This document shows, in pieces, positions 10,457-23,565 of a stretch of 39,943 nucleotides of DNA (positions are counted from its first letter, which is position 1; every line of letters begins with the position of its first letter). The notes under the pieces were generated by a model that was not told the origin of the DNA, made no database searches, and saw nothing but the letters and a program-made list of their open reading frames with translations. Both the position numbers and the translations under genes were made by a program. Source of the DNA: Octopus bimaculoides (lineage: Eukaryota); contig NC_068982.1 in the NCBI RefSeq assembly GCF_001194135.2, positions 175,188,036 through 175,227,978 of the forward strand. The letters run 5' to 3'.

Positions 10457-11899
10457 CATGGAATAGCCACTTTGATGTGGCGATTAGCCCTTTCACACTT
10501 CGTTCATTCCACTCTTCGTTCTTTCGTTCCCCCTCTCACATTTCCTGGCCTTCTCTTCATGCTCACTTTCCCTCTTTCACTTCACTGTGTCTCTTTCATT
10601 TTTCTCTTGCCCCTCCTTAATTCTTCTATCCCTCTGCCTCTATCTCTCTCTCTTTTCTCCCCACGTGACCGGTGTTCGGCCAAGTCTGACCTTTCTTTCT
10701 TGGTTGGACTACTGTCCATGCAACATCTATATTCCTTCCTGTGCTTGTTAAATCTTATATCCCTGCCGTAAGGCTTTACTTCCACACCCACCAGCTTAAT
10801 TTAATTCGTCCTTAGTCGAAAGACACCTGTTGTTATGTCCTGTTATTTGTATTTGTGTAACATTTCTCTGTTTTTTTCCCGTCCTTGTTTTCGTATACAT
10901 TCGCTGCTTTCTTCCAAGGAATGTAATGCTCTTAGCATTCTTCCTTGGGGCTGGCCAAATTGGAGCAATCTCGATTATAACCAGCCGAAATTGCAAAGAT
11001 AATCTGGAATTCGACTGAGGATAGAAAACTCCGAATGATCCGTCCTTGTTTTCCTTGTATCGTCTGTCTGGATATTTTGTTGTCCCTCTTTTGTTTCACC
11101 TAACTATCAGGATGTTTTGCGTTCTTGTCCCATTTTTTTGTATTCCTTTATATATATATAACAGCTATTTTATTCCACACGGATAAAAATATAGGAAAAA
11201 TAGAAGCTGAATATGCACTGAGAATAGTTAAAATATTTTTTATTACTATATTCAAAGATTTTACCGGTTTCACAGTTTACACTGATTTTCAAAAAATTGA
11301 AATAGAAAGACGTGGTTTATGTCGCAGCTGTTTTGCTTCTGACTAGTGTTTGAAGCTTGTCCTAATTTTATAGGGAGTTCATGGCTCAAATTAGTATATA
11401 TTTTGAATAGGTTTTGATTGGTAGAGGATAGTCACATGACTGGTCTTAGAAATTTTTGTAGGTTCCCCGCTACGTTCGAGTGGTAGTATCAAGTGACAAT
11501 GTTTAGCGTCGTAAGTTAAGGATGATACGGTTGACTGAACAAGTCTAGTGGTAGTACTAAACAATCAATGCTCTGAATATTTTCTGTCAAGTGTTTGTAG
11601 AGAATGAACACGTGATTATGTTTAGAACTTTTTGCACATTTCCCGCCACGTCAGTGCGTTAGTGTCACGTGACAGTATATTTTGCGCCTAAAATGAAGAC
11701 CGAAACGGTTGGGTTGAGTGAACATGTTTAGCTACAATCAAGGCACTCCAAATCTAATCTGTCTGGTGGGAGAGTAGACAGGAGTTGTTTGTATGTAGAC
11801 CAGTGACTAAAGTTTAGATTGTTAGCTGTGTAGGTTCCTCATGTTAAGTGGCAGAAAGAATTTTGATATTTGATAGCGTATATTAAATTCCTTGATGAA

Positions 11900-12185
11900 C
11901 ATGTAAAGTATTTTTTTTTACAAATGACAAGGATGTAATGGAAATTACATAGGTCAAACAAAGCTTACTCTAAGAAATAGACTGACCATTCGCCGACAAC
12001 AAATACAAGACCCCAGTATTTGACAGATTCTACTAAGTGCACACATAGATATATGTGAAAAAATTGTCCCCCAAATTCCAGGTCTTCCCACTCTACCTAT
12101 GTTCAGTAAATACCACAAATGAAGCAAGGATAAGCAAAAAGAATACTTTCATACAAAATTACAAACCCAGACTTAAACTTTAACA
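11900..12185 (+). mobile_element. Penelope-like GIY-YIG endonuclease remnant
   Basis: GCNGNYIGQTKLTLRNRLTIRRQQIQDPSI*QILLSAHIDIC..KFQVFPLY..EARISK..FIQNYKPRL. A degenerate hammerhead-like ATGAAGACCGAAACGGTT lies upstream at about 11688-11712. Confidence 0.85.
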
Positions 12186-12229
12186 GAGTATATAAACAAG
12201 TGACTATTCATACACAAAACTCATTCTGC

Positions 12230-13660
12230 CACTGGTCTTTTGCATCCGTAGTAATATAGGATCTGGAACAAAATGCTATCTTCCTGAGTTTTGCACAACA
12301 TCATCATATACGATACAAAATGAATTTTTGTTCTTCATGTCATACAAAATTTCTTTCGTAATTACCGCTGTTCTCTGTCCACATATTGATGACATTTTAG
12401 CTAAATCTCTGGCCGAGATTTAGTTCAAAGTAGAATTTAAACGTTTTCATTTAAGGTTGGTATCCAATTATATATTTCCAAACGCCAGAATCCAATTCTG
12501 ATAGCACTATTTCGTCAACATTACAATAGGACTAAATAATTATCGTTAATATATAGAAAGCAAGAAACGCGAACTGTCCATCTAGGCGCAATCATTAAAA
12601 TATCACCAGACGTCAATTTCTTTTCAGATTCTTACATGATTTTATCAACGCACCAATTAAATTCCTCGTCTTTTGTGAATACTTGATGAGAGTTAACAAT
12701 CACCTTTCTATTACTCATCACGTCAGGTAGTACCATTCATGGCATTGCAATTTCTTTACTACTCACACTTAAAGATATGCATGACAACGTGTTGTCATGC
12801 ACATCAGTTCAAAACTCTTCCAAACACTTATCCACTCCAAGCTCTTTTTAGCAAGTATATTACTATTTCCGCCAAATCTTATTCCTCTACAGTTGCATAA
12901 ATATAGTTGCTGTGTTGTAAGTGCATCAACGATAACTAAAAATATTGTAGACGATTTTATATCTGGAAAGCAATGAAAACTCAGAAAATATTCATGGGCA
13001 CCAAACGTCTGTCAACCCAATGAATACATAACGTAAGTTGTTCTTCGTTGGATCTATCGATAAACTTGTCAGCAATAATTGGGGAAGATAGTTTGTGTCT
13101 ACTTCATCGAATAAGACTATAATAACAAAACCAGACATTCTAGAACAGAAGTCACTCTGTGTGTTGTAGATCAGATATCTGCCTGTGCTAGCTTTGTTAA
13201 ATCACATCAGAAGATCAGAATCGTCTCAAACGTACTAGGTTATACAACCGGATGATTCATCAGCGTTTCCTGCATGGCTATTCCTTGTTGGCAACCAAGT
13301 TGCAATCGTTCAATATTTTTCATTACTGATTTATGATTTGTTTGCATATTCTCTTGCTACCAATTCTGTAATTGTATTTAAGAATCAGCACTTCCAATTC
13401 AATAAGAACGCGGTGACCTTCAAAGATTCAATGTTCCTTAAAGCACTGACGATCTATATATTTTTATGATGGGCGTTTTTCCAATCGTAAAATCCTTCTG
13501 TTAAAAATGCATTTTCTTTACCCCACCACCGTCAGCAAACTGTAGATTTGAATTATCAGAGATTTTGTACAGAAAAGCAAATAAAAACAAATGCAGACTT
13601 AGTCACAATAAATTAACATTCTTCGGCTGATTTGCTTGAAGCAAACTTGGGCATGGTTTC
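12230..13660 (-). mobile_element. Decayed hAT transposase (ZMYM1/DUF4371-like, TTF zinc-finger type)
   Basis: Minus-strand GFYDWKNA, QQGIAM/GNADES, IIADKFIDRSNEEQLTLCIHWVD, HEYFLSF..DIKSSTIF..NCRGIRFGGNSNILAKKS, RCHAY, IKYSQK, PRWTVRVSCF..DNY. TIRs not located. Confidence 0.88.
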
Positions 13661-14532
13661 CTTAGCTTGTAGTGCTGATATTAATTGTAGCCGAAACTAT
13701 TGCATCAGAAATGACTTAACAAGAAGACTTTGATTGTATTTGCAGTTGTGTTATATAGTATATTTAATCATATTAACCTGACAAATTAAGAATTTCAATC
13801 AGATAAACCTATAATAGCATATATAAACACAAGTACTTGCTGTTGAAATGAGTTTCGAACAAACAGCTGGATAATAATATGATTTTCCCACACGTATGGC
13901 AGTAGCAGAGATGCAGTCATATTTTCTCTTCATTTGATTCTTGATCAGAATAATAAATCTACCGAATGTTATACAGAATGTTGTATATGTTTATAAAGGT
14001 GTATGAGAAGCCATATTTGACATTCACATGCTGTCTGATATGTCAACGTAAACATTTACAAATTACTCTCGAAATGGTAATTTTTCGAAATTCTGGCTGT
14101 AACTGTTATATTTTAGCAAGTGATTATATTATGCTGTTATTATCAATTCATTGCATGAACCTTTTTAAATCCTGAGATCATTTCTCTGAATAAAGAAATA
14201 ATTCAGGTCTGAAAGGGTTAATTAATAAATAGCAATTCTAGTTACAAATAAAAATTAATAATTTATAAAACAAATTAATTACATGCTTAGTAAAACAGTA
14301 GAATTCAAGGCAACGAACTATATTCGGTGTTGGCAAAAATTAATCTCTGTGTATTTGTGAAACATCTATGCACTGCGCAGCCGCATTATTTTACTTCACT
14401 TGCGCATGTGTTGTCCAAGTATTGCTTTTACTTCCGTTCTTCTTATCACACTGACGTAAACCTATGTACTTGTGTTGAGAGATATACATTTGTCTTTCTT
14501 GTTTTAAACTTCCGTCATTATACACACACGGA

Positions 14533-14750
14533 AAGGTGATGAGCAAAGCAGAATCATTAGCACGCTAGGCGAAATGCTTAGCGGTATTTCACCCATCACT
14601 AGGTTCTGCGTTCAAATTCCACCGAGGTCGAATTTGCCTTTCATCCTTTCGGGGTCGATAAATTAAGTACCGGTTACATATTGGGGTCGATCTAATCAAC
14701 TAGCTCCGTTCCCCAAAATTTCAGGCCTTATACGACAATAGCAAAAGACA
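14533..14750 (+). mobile_element. SINE family C (OR2-like) with the alternative tail CCCCAAAATTTCAGGCCTT
   Basis: Head and core match 1371-1608. Tail matches the copies at 36378-36600 rather than the TTTGTCCCCTCTG..GTGGGTAGTAAAG tail. Confidence 0.88.
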
Positions 14751-15153
14751 TTAATTCTTGTATTATGTGTGCATGTATGTGTTGATCAGAGATCTGAATC
14801 CAGAGACATGCTACTGGTTATCCCGTAAGCTAATGCAAGCTGTACTTGATAGAATCGCTCGTGACTAAGCCGGTAACTTCTCCAAATTTGCTTGGTGAGG
14901 AGGAAGATTTTTGGATACCCCCAGGACAAAAGAAAAAAACTTGTTAAAGAGAAGATATACTCAAGAGAATCAATGACAATCCAATAGTGCGTACATATAT
15001 TCATGTGCACGCGCGCACGCGCACACACACGCTGTATATATATATATATATTAATATTAGGGACAAAATCCAAAATTACAGGTAAAAACTCAATTAAAAT
15101 CAATTTATAAAAAATTAAAATTAAATTGAGCTTTACAGATAAAATATATATAA

Positions 15154-15266
15154 ATATATAGTTTTAGAGAAAAGAACCAAGTTTCATGAGCTCATATTCT
15201 ATATGTGATAGTGGATTTTCATCGATGAGTTCATGAAACTTGGTTCTTTTCCCTAAAACTATATAT
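15154..15266. mobile_element. Short MITE-like palindrome within (TA)n
   Basis: 42-bp arms (15154-15195 and 15225-15266) with 2 mismatches, 29-nt spacer, TA-rich flanks. Confidence 0.8.
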
Positions 15267-15281
15267 ATATATACACACACA

Positions 15282-15827
15282 CAAGGTGGCCACTGAAACA
15301 CTGAATGATATAAAACAAAAATAACTTTTACAAACACATAGTTTAAAATTTTTTAAATTATTTCTTTTATTTGGATGGAAACATTTTAAAAATCCAATTT
15401 CAGAATCTGTCAATGCCTAGTTGAGCAGAGCGACGACGGATAGAGGCTGATGGATTCTGAAGGACACTTTGCCGTACAGCTTCCACTGCTGCGTAAGTGC
15501 GCACAGTGCGCTGAGGACCTCTACCCCGAAAGAACGCTAACTCATCCAGTTCTTTCAAACCGGGCGATTACGTTCCGAATCATGTTATCGCTAGGAGATA
15601 CTCTAACAGTAAAATGTTGCCGGTCTTTTCTCTGAGTCTGAATAATTGATCTTTCACTAGAATAGAAAAACTTAATGAGTTTTACTCGTTGCTGGTCATC
15701 ATACGAAGCCATTTTAATATCCAAGGGATGCTCTATTAACATGCAAAAAAAAAAAAGAAAGAAAATAGATTGAAAAGGAACAAGTTATGACTTTTTCAAA
15801 ACCTTCAGTTTTTCTGTGTCCACCCTG
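15282..15827 (-). mobile_element. Internally deleted Tc1/mariner element (DUF4817-type N-terminal HTH)
   Basis: Imperfect 22-bp TIRs CA(A/G)GGTGG(C/A)CAC(T/A)GAAA(C/A)ACTG, TA at 15828-15829. MASYDDQQRVKLIKFFYSSERSIIQTQRK..FERTG..QNPSASIRRRSAQLGI..FHPNK. Catalytic domain is absent. Confidence 0.88.
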
Positions 15828-15961
15828 TATAAAGGTAAATTTCCAAATTAGGTTGGTAGGAATATACAATCCTAGCGAATCCTAGTGAATTCACTTTTGC
15901 CGGTTAATAATACTAGCTAACTTTCGTGAGCGTAGAAAAATTCCAGTTAGTTTATTTTACT

Positions 15962-16341
15962 TGTTGTTGTTGGCACTCCGTCGCTTACGACGTCAAGGGT
16001 TCCAGTTGATCCTATCAACGGAACAGCCTGCTCGTGAAATTAATGTGCAAGTGGTTGAGCACTCCACAGACACGTGTACCTTCAACGTAGTTCTCGGGGA
16101 TATTCAGCGTGACACAGTGTGACAAGGCTGACCCTTTGAATTACAGGCACAACAGAAACAAGAAGTAAGAATGAGAGAAAGTTGTGGTGGAAGAGTACAG
16201 CAGGGTTCGCCACCATCCCCTGCCTCGTGGGCTTTAAGTATTTTCGCTCAATAAACACTCACAACGCCCGGTCTGGGAATCGAAACCGCGATCCTACGAC
16301 CGCGAGTCCGCTGCCCTAACCACTGGGCCATTGCGCCTCCT
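15962..16341 (-). mobile_element. tRNA-derived SINE family B (probably OR1), full length
   Basis: Head GGAGGCGCAATGGCCCAGTGGTTAGG..GGTTTCGATTCC, (CAA)n tail, 12-bp TSD GTTTATTTTACT at 15950-15961 and 16342-16353. Near-identical copies at 24808 and 33899. Confidence 0.93.
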
Positions 16342-17339
16342 GTTTATTTTACTATCCTCAGTAGATCTTCACATCGGTAAATTCATATGTCTTTATAGAG
16401 ACTACATGTTGTTGGTAGAGAAGAAAAATTAAATTAATAAGGAGAAGAGAGATTTATATATCCAGTTTTATTCCGCAGTCAATCACGTCTTTCCATTTCT
16501 GCACTTACATATGTTTCTGCTGCAATTTTGTGTACACTGCAGAATTATGCATCTTGGTGTTAATTGCGTTTCTTCAAAGTCCTATTATTTATGTGTGTAT
16601 GTGTGCATGCGCGTGTGTATGTGTGTGTGTGTGTATTTTACATGTGTACATTAATGCACACGAGAAAAAGCTATTTTCACTTGAAAATTGCAGTATTTAT
16701 TAGTAACTGAAGAATTTGCCTTTCTTTGCTTTTTTGCTAATTAAAGGGCTTCAGAATGTTGGCGAGTGACTTTCATGTCGTACAGGCATTTGTCGTTATA
16801 AAATTTGATATCTGGGTACTTTTATACCCTTTTATATATAGATGTTTTAAACTTCAAATTAGGACTCGAGATCCTTGGAACTACAGTGAACCTATTGTTG
16901 AGGTGGTCACAGTATCACACTCAACTTAATCAATGACATATCGCTGTCTGTAGTTTCTTCTTTTGTGAGAGTACATGTAAGACTACTAGCGGAAGTAGGT
17001 GTGTTCTTTTTGTCACCGATACAATTGCGTCCTTTGAAGTGCCGTTGGTGCCTGAGCGGTGGCATCATGGTCCTGCTATTCTGTTGTGTGCCTTAATCAT
17101 CGTGAGAGACAATCGCACAGAAATATGTGATAAATTTACCCCAAAAATGGGGTAACAATCGATGAGTGCAAATAAACAGCTGCTAGTTGCACGAACACAT
17201 GTACACATTTATATATATGTATACACATATATATATATTTACTGGCGCACGCTCATTGCGTCGGCCGAACAACGAGTCAACTGGTTGATAGAACTCTCCG
17301 TTTAAGAGCTGAGAGCCCATGATTAAGAGGTGGAGGTAG

Positions 17340-17620
17340 GGTTTTACACATAGAAGGATTTTACACGTATGACGTACAGAAATTGAGAAGAAATTAAGAA
17401 GAAATCGAGAAACTTAAGTGCATGATCGGTATCCTTTATATATGAAAGCAGGCTATTGAAGATTGGAGGCCCGAGTTTATCGATTATCTTTTTACTTACC
17501 GAAGCATTACGCAATCTGAATGTATACAATAATTGTAATCTTTTTTCTTAATCATTTCCCCACCGTCGATAAATATGGGTGTCTCTGTAGTATATTTCAA
17601 AAGTAATCCCTCCGTTATAA
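17340..17620 (-). mobile_element. Penelope-like RT fragment
   Basis: LLSYIKDTDHALKFLDFF..FLYVIRVKSFY matches the PLE SYIKDT..DVKSLY region. Confidence 0.7.
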
Positions 17621-17732
17621 TTATTTTTTTTTGTAGGTAGTCACTTTGCCCAACGATAGTTTATTTAATCCGTACAGCAAGTCAAGACTAATCACAAAAT
17701 ATGTCTATACTGTATCAACTTTAATTTTCACG

Positions 17733-17736
<4 letters not shown>

Positions 17737-17807
<71 letters not shown>
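17737..17807. repeat. (TG)n(AG)n microsatellite
   Basis: Directly visible. Confidence 0.97.
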
Positions 17808-17810
<3 letters not shown>

Positions 17811-18666
17811 GCTGTAGCATCTTCCTAGTCACCTTGTTCTGTGGTTCTTGCATCGGAGGAAGTTTTTAAAATCGAAACATAATTGCAAACATAAACACCA
17901 CGAAATTTTATTGGCAATTAGCAATAAATTCCTTCTTGTAGTATTGACCAAAATGATGTTAACCTCTTATCCTCTTACAATGCTTTTATTAAAAAGTATA
18001 AAAAATAAACAGAACAAACTGTAACATTGACCTATCTCGTAGAATTTGAAATAATACGCTAGGGGTTAAATAGCGTTTAATTCCGAAAACAAAACCAAAT
18101 AGTTGTTCTGCTGTTTGAACTACATTTTCATCCGTGTTACCCATATCAACGCTAAATGGACAAAGTTTGACTTAGGAAAAGACTTGACTCCCCCCATCAC
18201 CACTAAAATAAACTCACAGAAAATACGATTACGCGAATACAACAATTCCTGTATGATGTGCGCGTAACTGATGAAAAATAGTAACACGGAATTGTTAATT
18301 CAAGCCTTCCACACATTTTCGTTAGTTTTCAAGGCTACAATAAACTCATATTAATTATAGTTTCACCTGTATCCACACAACATTTGATAAAGCATATCTA
18401 TTAATAAATATTTTAAGGAGAATAATTGGAAATTTTAAAATTATATTAATAAAAAAACTATTTTAATATTTTCATTAATATCTTAAAGAAAATAATTACA
18501 TTAATATCACTATAGTGAAATAATTTCTAACAGAAGAGATTAGATAAACATAAACCTAGTGAAAATATTTATCTGGACATTGACTCTACGAATTTAGGCT
18601 AATAGCAGCAATGCTACTCTATGTAGTAATGAATTTAGGCAAATAGGAACACTATGAAATTACTCG

Positions 18667-18965
18667 TGGAGGCGCAATGGCCCAGTGGTTAGGGCAGCGG
18701 ACTCGCGGTCGGAGGATCGCGGTTTCGATTCCCAGACCTAGCGTTGTGAGTGTTTATTGAGCGAAATCACCTAAGCTCCACGAGGCTCCGGCAGGTGGTG
18801 GTGGCAGCGATCCCTGTTGTACACTTTCGCCCCGACTTTCTCTCACTGTTTCTTGAGTAACGCTGCGATGGACTGGAGTCCCGTCTAGCTGGGGGGCACA
18901 TACGCCATAGAAATCGGGAAACCGGGCCCATGAGCCTGGCTAAGCTTTGAAAGGGCGAAAAAAAA
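18667..18965 (+). mobile_element. SINE with a family-B head and a different, V-domain-like body
   Basis: 5' part is nearly identical to the family-B head, then switches to GTAACGCTGCGATGGACTGGAGTCCCGTC..AGAAATCGGGAAACCGGGCC. Poly-A tail and 13-bp TSD ATGAAATTACTCG at 18654-18666 and 18966-18978. Confidence 0.88.
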
Positions 18966-20620
18966 ATGAAATTACTCGAGTTAATTACGTCCATATAAAG
19001 TTATATACATACGCCTTGCTACTTCGATATACGCATAACCCATTCGATATACTTTTATAACCATTTGTCTGACCAAAGCATTTTCATAAGTTTGTCCTAA
19101 TCGTCCATGTTTGGTTTTCGACATTTAGTTAGTCCTTGCTTCATACATTCCGAACAATACAAAGCTTTGATTTCATAAGTCCCAAGTTACTGATGCAGTT
19201 GAAAAAAATTGGGAATATGTATCATATGATGCATGGATACGAGGGAGATATGGCCTGCATATCACATGTGATACACAGGACAGACAAAATGTCAAAGTTT
19301 TAGCTTACCAGATCATTCTCTTATTTCGTTATTCCTCAAATTTTAGCTGATCATCACATGATTTACTTAATTGATTGTTCTAAATCTCTCACTCTTATTG
19401 CACTTTCTTAGTCTTTCTAGTCTCTCATCTCGGACATTTTACTCTCTCAATAAAGCAACCTAGCCACTGTTTGTCTCTTTATATGTTTGTCTGTCTGTCT
19501 TCTCTGCAACACTTTTTCACATCCTCTAACTCATATATGCAATATTTAATTCCTATTTCTGACGAATCGGATCATGTCATAGTTAACCCCCCACCCGAAA
19601 CATTGTTGTTTGTGCACACACAAACACACATCCACACACACGCACACACACGTGCGCATGCACACGCACACATACTCATTCCCACAGACACGTACACAGA
19701 TACGCACTAATTTGTATATATTGGTATATACACACTCATTTGGATTTATATGTGTGCATACATACATGTATATACTTACACATACTTGTACGTATACATG
19801 CACGCAGATACATGTACATACATATAGACACACGTACACTGGGTGATAAAATGGAGGTATTTTATACCGGCGTGAACCAAAAAATAAGAAGAATGTCTAT
19901 GTTGATGATGATGATATTAGTAATGATAATAATAGCAACAATGGCGAGAAACACGATAACGACTATGAAGGTGATGTCTTCGAAGCTAATAAGCCGCGCC
20001 AGTGAACAAATAACGTGCCTTAAAAGTAATCGATGAATTGCAGGAAAAATGTATATATCACTCATATTTGATTCTCAGACGAAGCTATTTCCTTTATGCC
20101 GAGAAAACTGTGATGCTCTTAGGAAAGGAATAATTATTTTAACTCCCATCCCTCTTCTCTTGAGGTCAATAAAGTTGACCGGTTTGTTGATGAATATATT
20201 AGTTTAAACACTAAAGATCAAGTAGTTGAATAAGTTTAAATATCATGTTTCACAAATAAATGCTTGAGTTACCCCCCTTACATGGTGGCTCAATGTTTCT
20301 CAATAGTATTAAAAAAGTTAAATGTAACTGTTTTCCTATTTTTTTTATGCAGTCGCATAGCACCAGCCGAGCTCTGATGGAGTGAACGCATTTCAACTGC
20401 GACCATTCCGTGTTTTTAGGGCTCTCTAGGACCACATTATATATTGCAACCTTCGTTTTTTTTCTTATTTTTTTTTAATATTTAAGATAGGGCGGAGTAA
20501 CTGAGGGAGATTTTTACTGTTTTTATAGAGAATGGAATTCGCTTATCAGGGAATGTATTGAAGTATTTTGCTAACACACAACATATGAATTCCGTTTTAT
20601 TGCGTTTTAGTAGAATTTAC

Positions 20621-20698
20621 CTAGAATTAAGCAGAATTTCCCTGGTTGTCTCAAAGCATCTTTGATATCGGTACACTAGCAGAGCTATAGATCTCTGG
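20621..20698 (-). CDS. Candidate 78-nt internal exon (phase 2-2), product unknown
   Basis: Acceptor TTTCATTTGTTTCAG, donor CTAG|GTAAAT, single open frame QRSIALLVYRYQRCFETTREILLNS. No homology recognised. Confidence 0.3.
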
Positions 20699-21249
20699 CT
20701 GAAACAAATGAAAGAACTGGCATTATTTGGCATTTCGATGATTTCTCACGGCTAGAACGCCTGGCTAGGACTGCATGCAGTTAAACAGAAGCGTTAATTA
20801 CTACATCTGCAACAGTCATTCCAAAACCGTTATACGAACTATTATTATGCGCAAACAGCGGCAGCTAACACCACCACTTGCATGTCTATTGATATGGCAG
20901 TGGTTTTCGAATCTAAGTATCGTATAAACTAATAATTAAAAACGAACCAATGAAAAAATTTTAAAAAAGTGAGGTAATGGTCAGCACATCATCCTCTAGC
21001 TGTTTCAATTGGAACCTAAGCGAACTAGCAAAATTAGAGAAAAAGAAAAAACAAAAAACAAAACAAAACAAAAGCGAAGCAAGGATATAATGTCTGCGGA
21101 CAGATTATATTTACTGTGAATGCATGAAGGCAGTGGTCCTATGAAAACTAATACAAGGTAATGTTTGCGATTCCGCCTTTCTCGGAAAGAAAATGCTGCT
21201 TTCGTCAGAACACTCAGCGTCAAGCTCTTGAGGAAAAGTTTCGTCTTTA

Positions 21250-21271
21250 TACACACACACGCACGTACGTA

Positions 21272-21331
<60 letters not shown>

Positions 21332-21335
21332 CATA
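21250..21335. repeat. (CA)n/(CACG)n microsatellite
   Basis: Directly visible. Confidence 0.95.
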
Positions 21336-21499
21336 CATACCCCGCAATACACATACATGCACACAAATACCTACCCGAATACACACATACCTACCCAAAT
21401 ACATTCATGCACGGATATGGTTATATATAATATCTAAATATATATATTGCTAAATTCATAGAAAACCGTCCAAAGCATATGTATATGCAAAATAAGCTA

Positions 21500-21967
21500 N
21501 NNNNNNNNNNNNNNNNNNNNNNNNNNNNNNNNNNNNNNNNNNNNNNNNNNNNNNNNNNNNNNNNNNNNNNNNNNNNNNNNNNNNNNNNNNNNNNNNNNNN
21601 NNNNNNNNNNNNNNNNNNNNNNNNNNNNNNNNNNNNNNNNNNNNNNNNNNNNNNNNNNNNNNNNNNNNNNNNNNNNNNNNNNNNNNNNNNNNNNNNNNNN
21701 NNNNNNNNNNNNNNNNNNNNNNNNNNNNNNNNNNNNNNNNNNNNNNNNNNNNNNNNNNNNNNNNNNNNNNNNNNNNNNNNNNNNNNNNNNNNNNNNNNNN
21801 NNNNNNNNNNNNNNNNNNNNNNNNNNNNNNNNNNNNNNNNNNNNNNNNNNNNNNNNNNNNNNNNNNNNNNNNNNNNNNNNNNNNNNNNNNNNNNNNNNNN
21901 NNNNNNNNNNNNNNNNNNNNNNNNNNNNNNNNNNNNNNNNNNNNNNNNNNNNNNNNNNNNNNNNNNN
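21500..21967. other. Assembly gap (other gaps: 24269-24807, 27484-28234, 30595-30786, about 35875-36172, 36692-36935)
   Basis: N runs, mostly flanked by microsatellites. Confidence 1.
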
Positions 21968-22005
<38 letters not shown>

Positions 22006-22079
22006 CACACATTCACATGCGTAGTGCATGTATTTATACGCACATGAAATACGTATGTGGCAACTCAGTTCCGTGCGGA

Positions 22080-22310
22080 CTCAGACAGCCGGTGTTTAGT
22101 TTCAGTACTACACCTTTCGCAACAGAAGCCACACCGATTTCCTGAAAGATGCCTGATTGTTGATGGTAAGATGATGAACGAAGCGACTCGGAAGTATTCT
22201 TGCCAAGATTTAATCCGACTATTGACAAGAAGGAAATACCTCTATAACCACCACATGAGTGTCTATCACCCATGTTCTTGTGGTGATGCATAATTGTAGC
22301 ATCCTTGAAT
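22080..22310 (-). mobile_element. RTE-clade LINE RT fragment
   Basis: KNMGDRHSCGGYRGISFLSIVG.ILARILPSRF..NRCGF matches the RTE NYRGISLLS..GKI..R..QCGFR motif. Confidence 0.8.
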
Positions 22311-22499
22311 TCTTATATAATTCAAACTATTTATAAATAAAAAGTCTTTCACTCTTTTAAACGGTGTAACTTTGAGCATGAAAATTACTGAAGGTATTCA
22401 TAAAGCCACAAAAACGAACACCACTTAAGTAAAGAACATTTCTTGAATAAAAAATGCATTCTAATTTTGATATTCGATTTTATTTTCTGATCCAAGTTG

Positions 22500-23330
22500 G
22501 ACAAAGTTTTAACTTTTATTGTAACATCTCAAGGTTTGCAGAGGCGGATAAACGTAGAATCTTATAATCAGAGACAAAGCGAACGAGAATTGTCCGACTT
22601 CAGGATCTGGTTTAGATTTTCGAGCAAGAGTAGCTCAGTAATTGTGGATATTTTCAATGAAACTTGTGGCTCCTCAAGACAGCCACGAAAAACTTATAGA
22701 AAGGTAGACTAGTACACTCACTTTTTGTCGATGAAGAACAGAAAAATGTCCGTCGTTAATATTTTTGAGCAGCGTTCGACCGAAATGTCACATGCAGATT
22801 GGTATCACTGCCATAAAAATCGACAAAAGCAGATTGAACTCGTGGGACGTGTGACGCATACATAGAAAACCTCCCTCACAAGCTCACTTTTCCCTGTTAA
22901 ACGATGTACCTACATTATGTTTGATGAATAACATAAAGAGTTAATGATGTTAGATTGATCAAAACTCGTGGTCGGATGAATCGAGATTAGTTGTTTCGGT
23001 TCAGGCAGCGGAGTGTATGTCAGACGTCGTACAAAAGAATTTCACCGAGTGAATGAATCTTGCAGTTATGCATGCTGGTGATAATGTCATGGTTTGGGAT
23101 TGTATGTGTGTAAAATGGGCCTGTTTCATACATGAGATCAAGGGCACATAATGACAGCGCAGACTATTCGAAGATCATGAAGATAACCGAACTTCTGCAT
23201 GTCAATATTCAACAAGACGACGAACCAAAGAATGCTGCATGAATAATCAAGGAATTCTTCAAAAATAAGCAAATCTGAGTGATTCAGTAACAAGTACAAT
23301 GGAAACGAATATACAACAGAGGAAATAAAA
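22500..23330 (+). mobile_element. Decayed Tc1-family transposase
   Basis: RQPRKT, WSDESR, GVYVRRR, HAGDNVMVWDCM, QQDDEPKNAA*IIKEFF. TIRs not located. Confidence 0.8.
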
Positions 23331-23466
23331 GAAATTGAGTGAATTGTATGATTATATAGCCTCAAAGTGCGGTTCCGTTTTAAGAAAATTTTCGTATTAA
23401 AACCAAATTTCTGTGCTATATTTCATTCTCGATATATATATATATATATATATGCTGATATATGCA

Positions 23467-23550
<84 letters not shown>

Positions 23551-23565
23551 AATCTATCAATCTAT
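23467..23565. repeat. (TATC)n microsatellite
   Basis: Directly visible. Confidence 0.97.

Noticed and set aside
14200-14222. TTAA-CCCTTT end suggesting a piggyBac TIR
   Set aside because: No matching opposite TIR was found.
16907-17068. 53-aa Ser/Thr-rich minus-strand ORF (MMPPLRHQRH..LSVIL)
   Set aside because: Short, with no good acceptor and no homology I can recognise.
20072-20115. CAGACGA..GAGAAAAC hammerhead-like string
   Set aside because: Both core halves are altered and there is no stem I or cleavage triplet in register.
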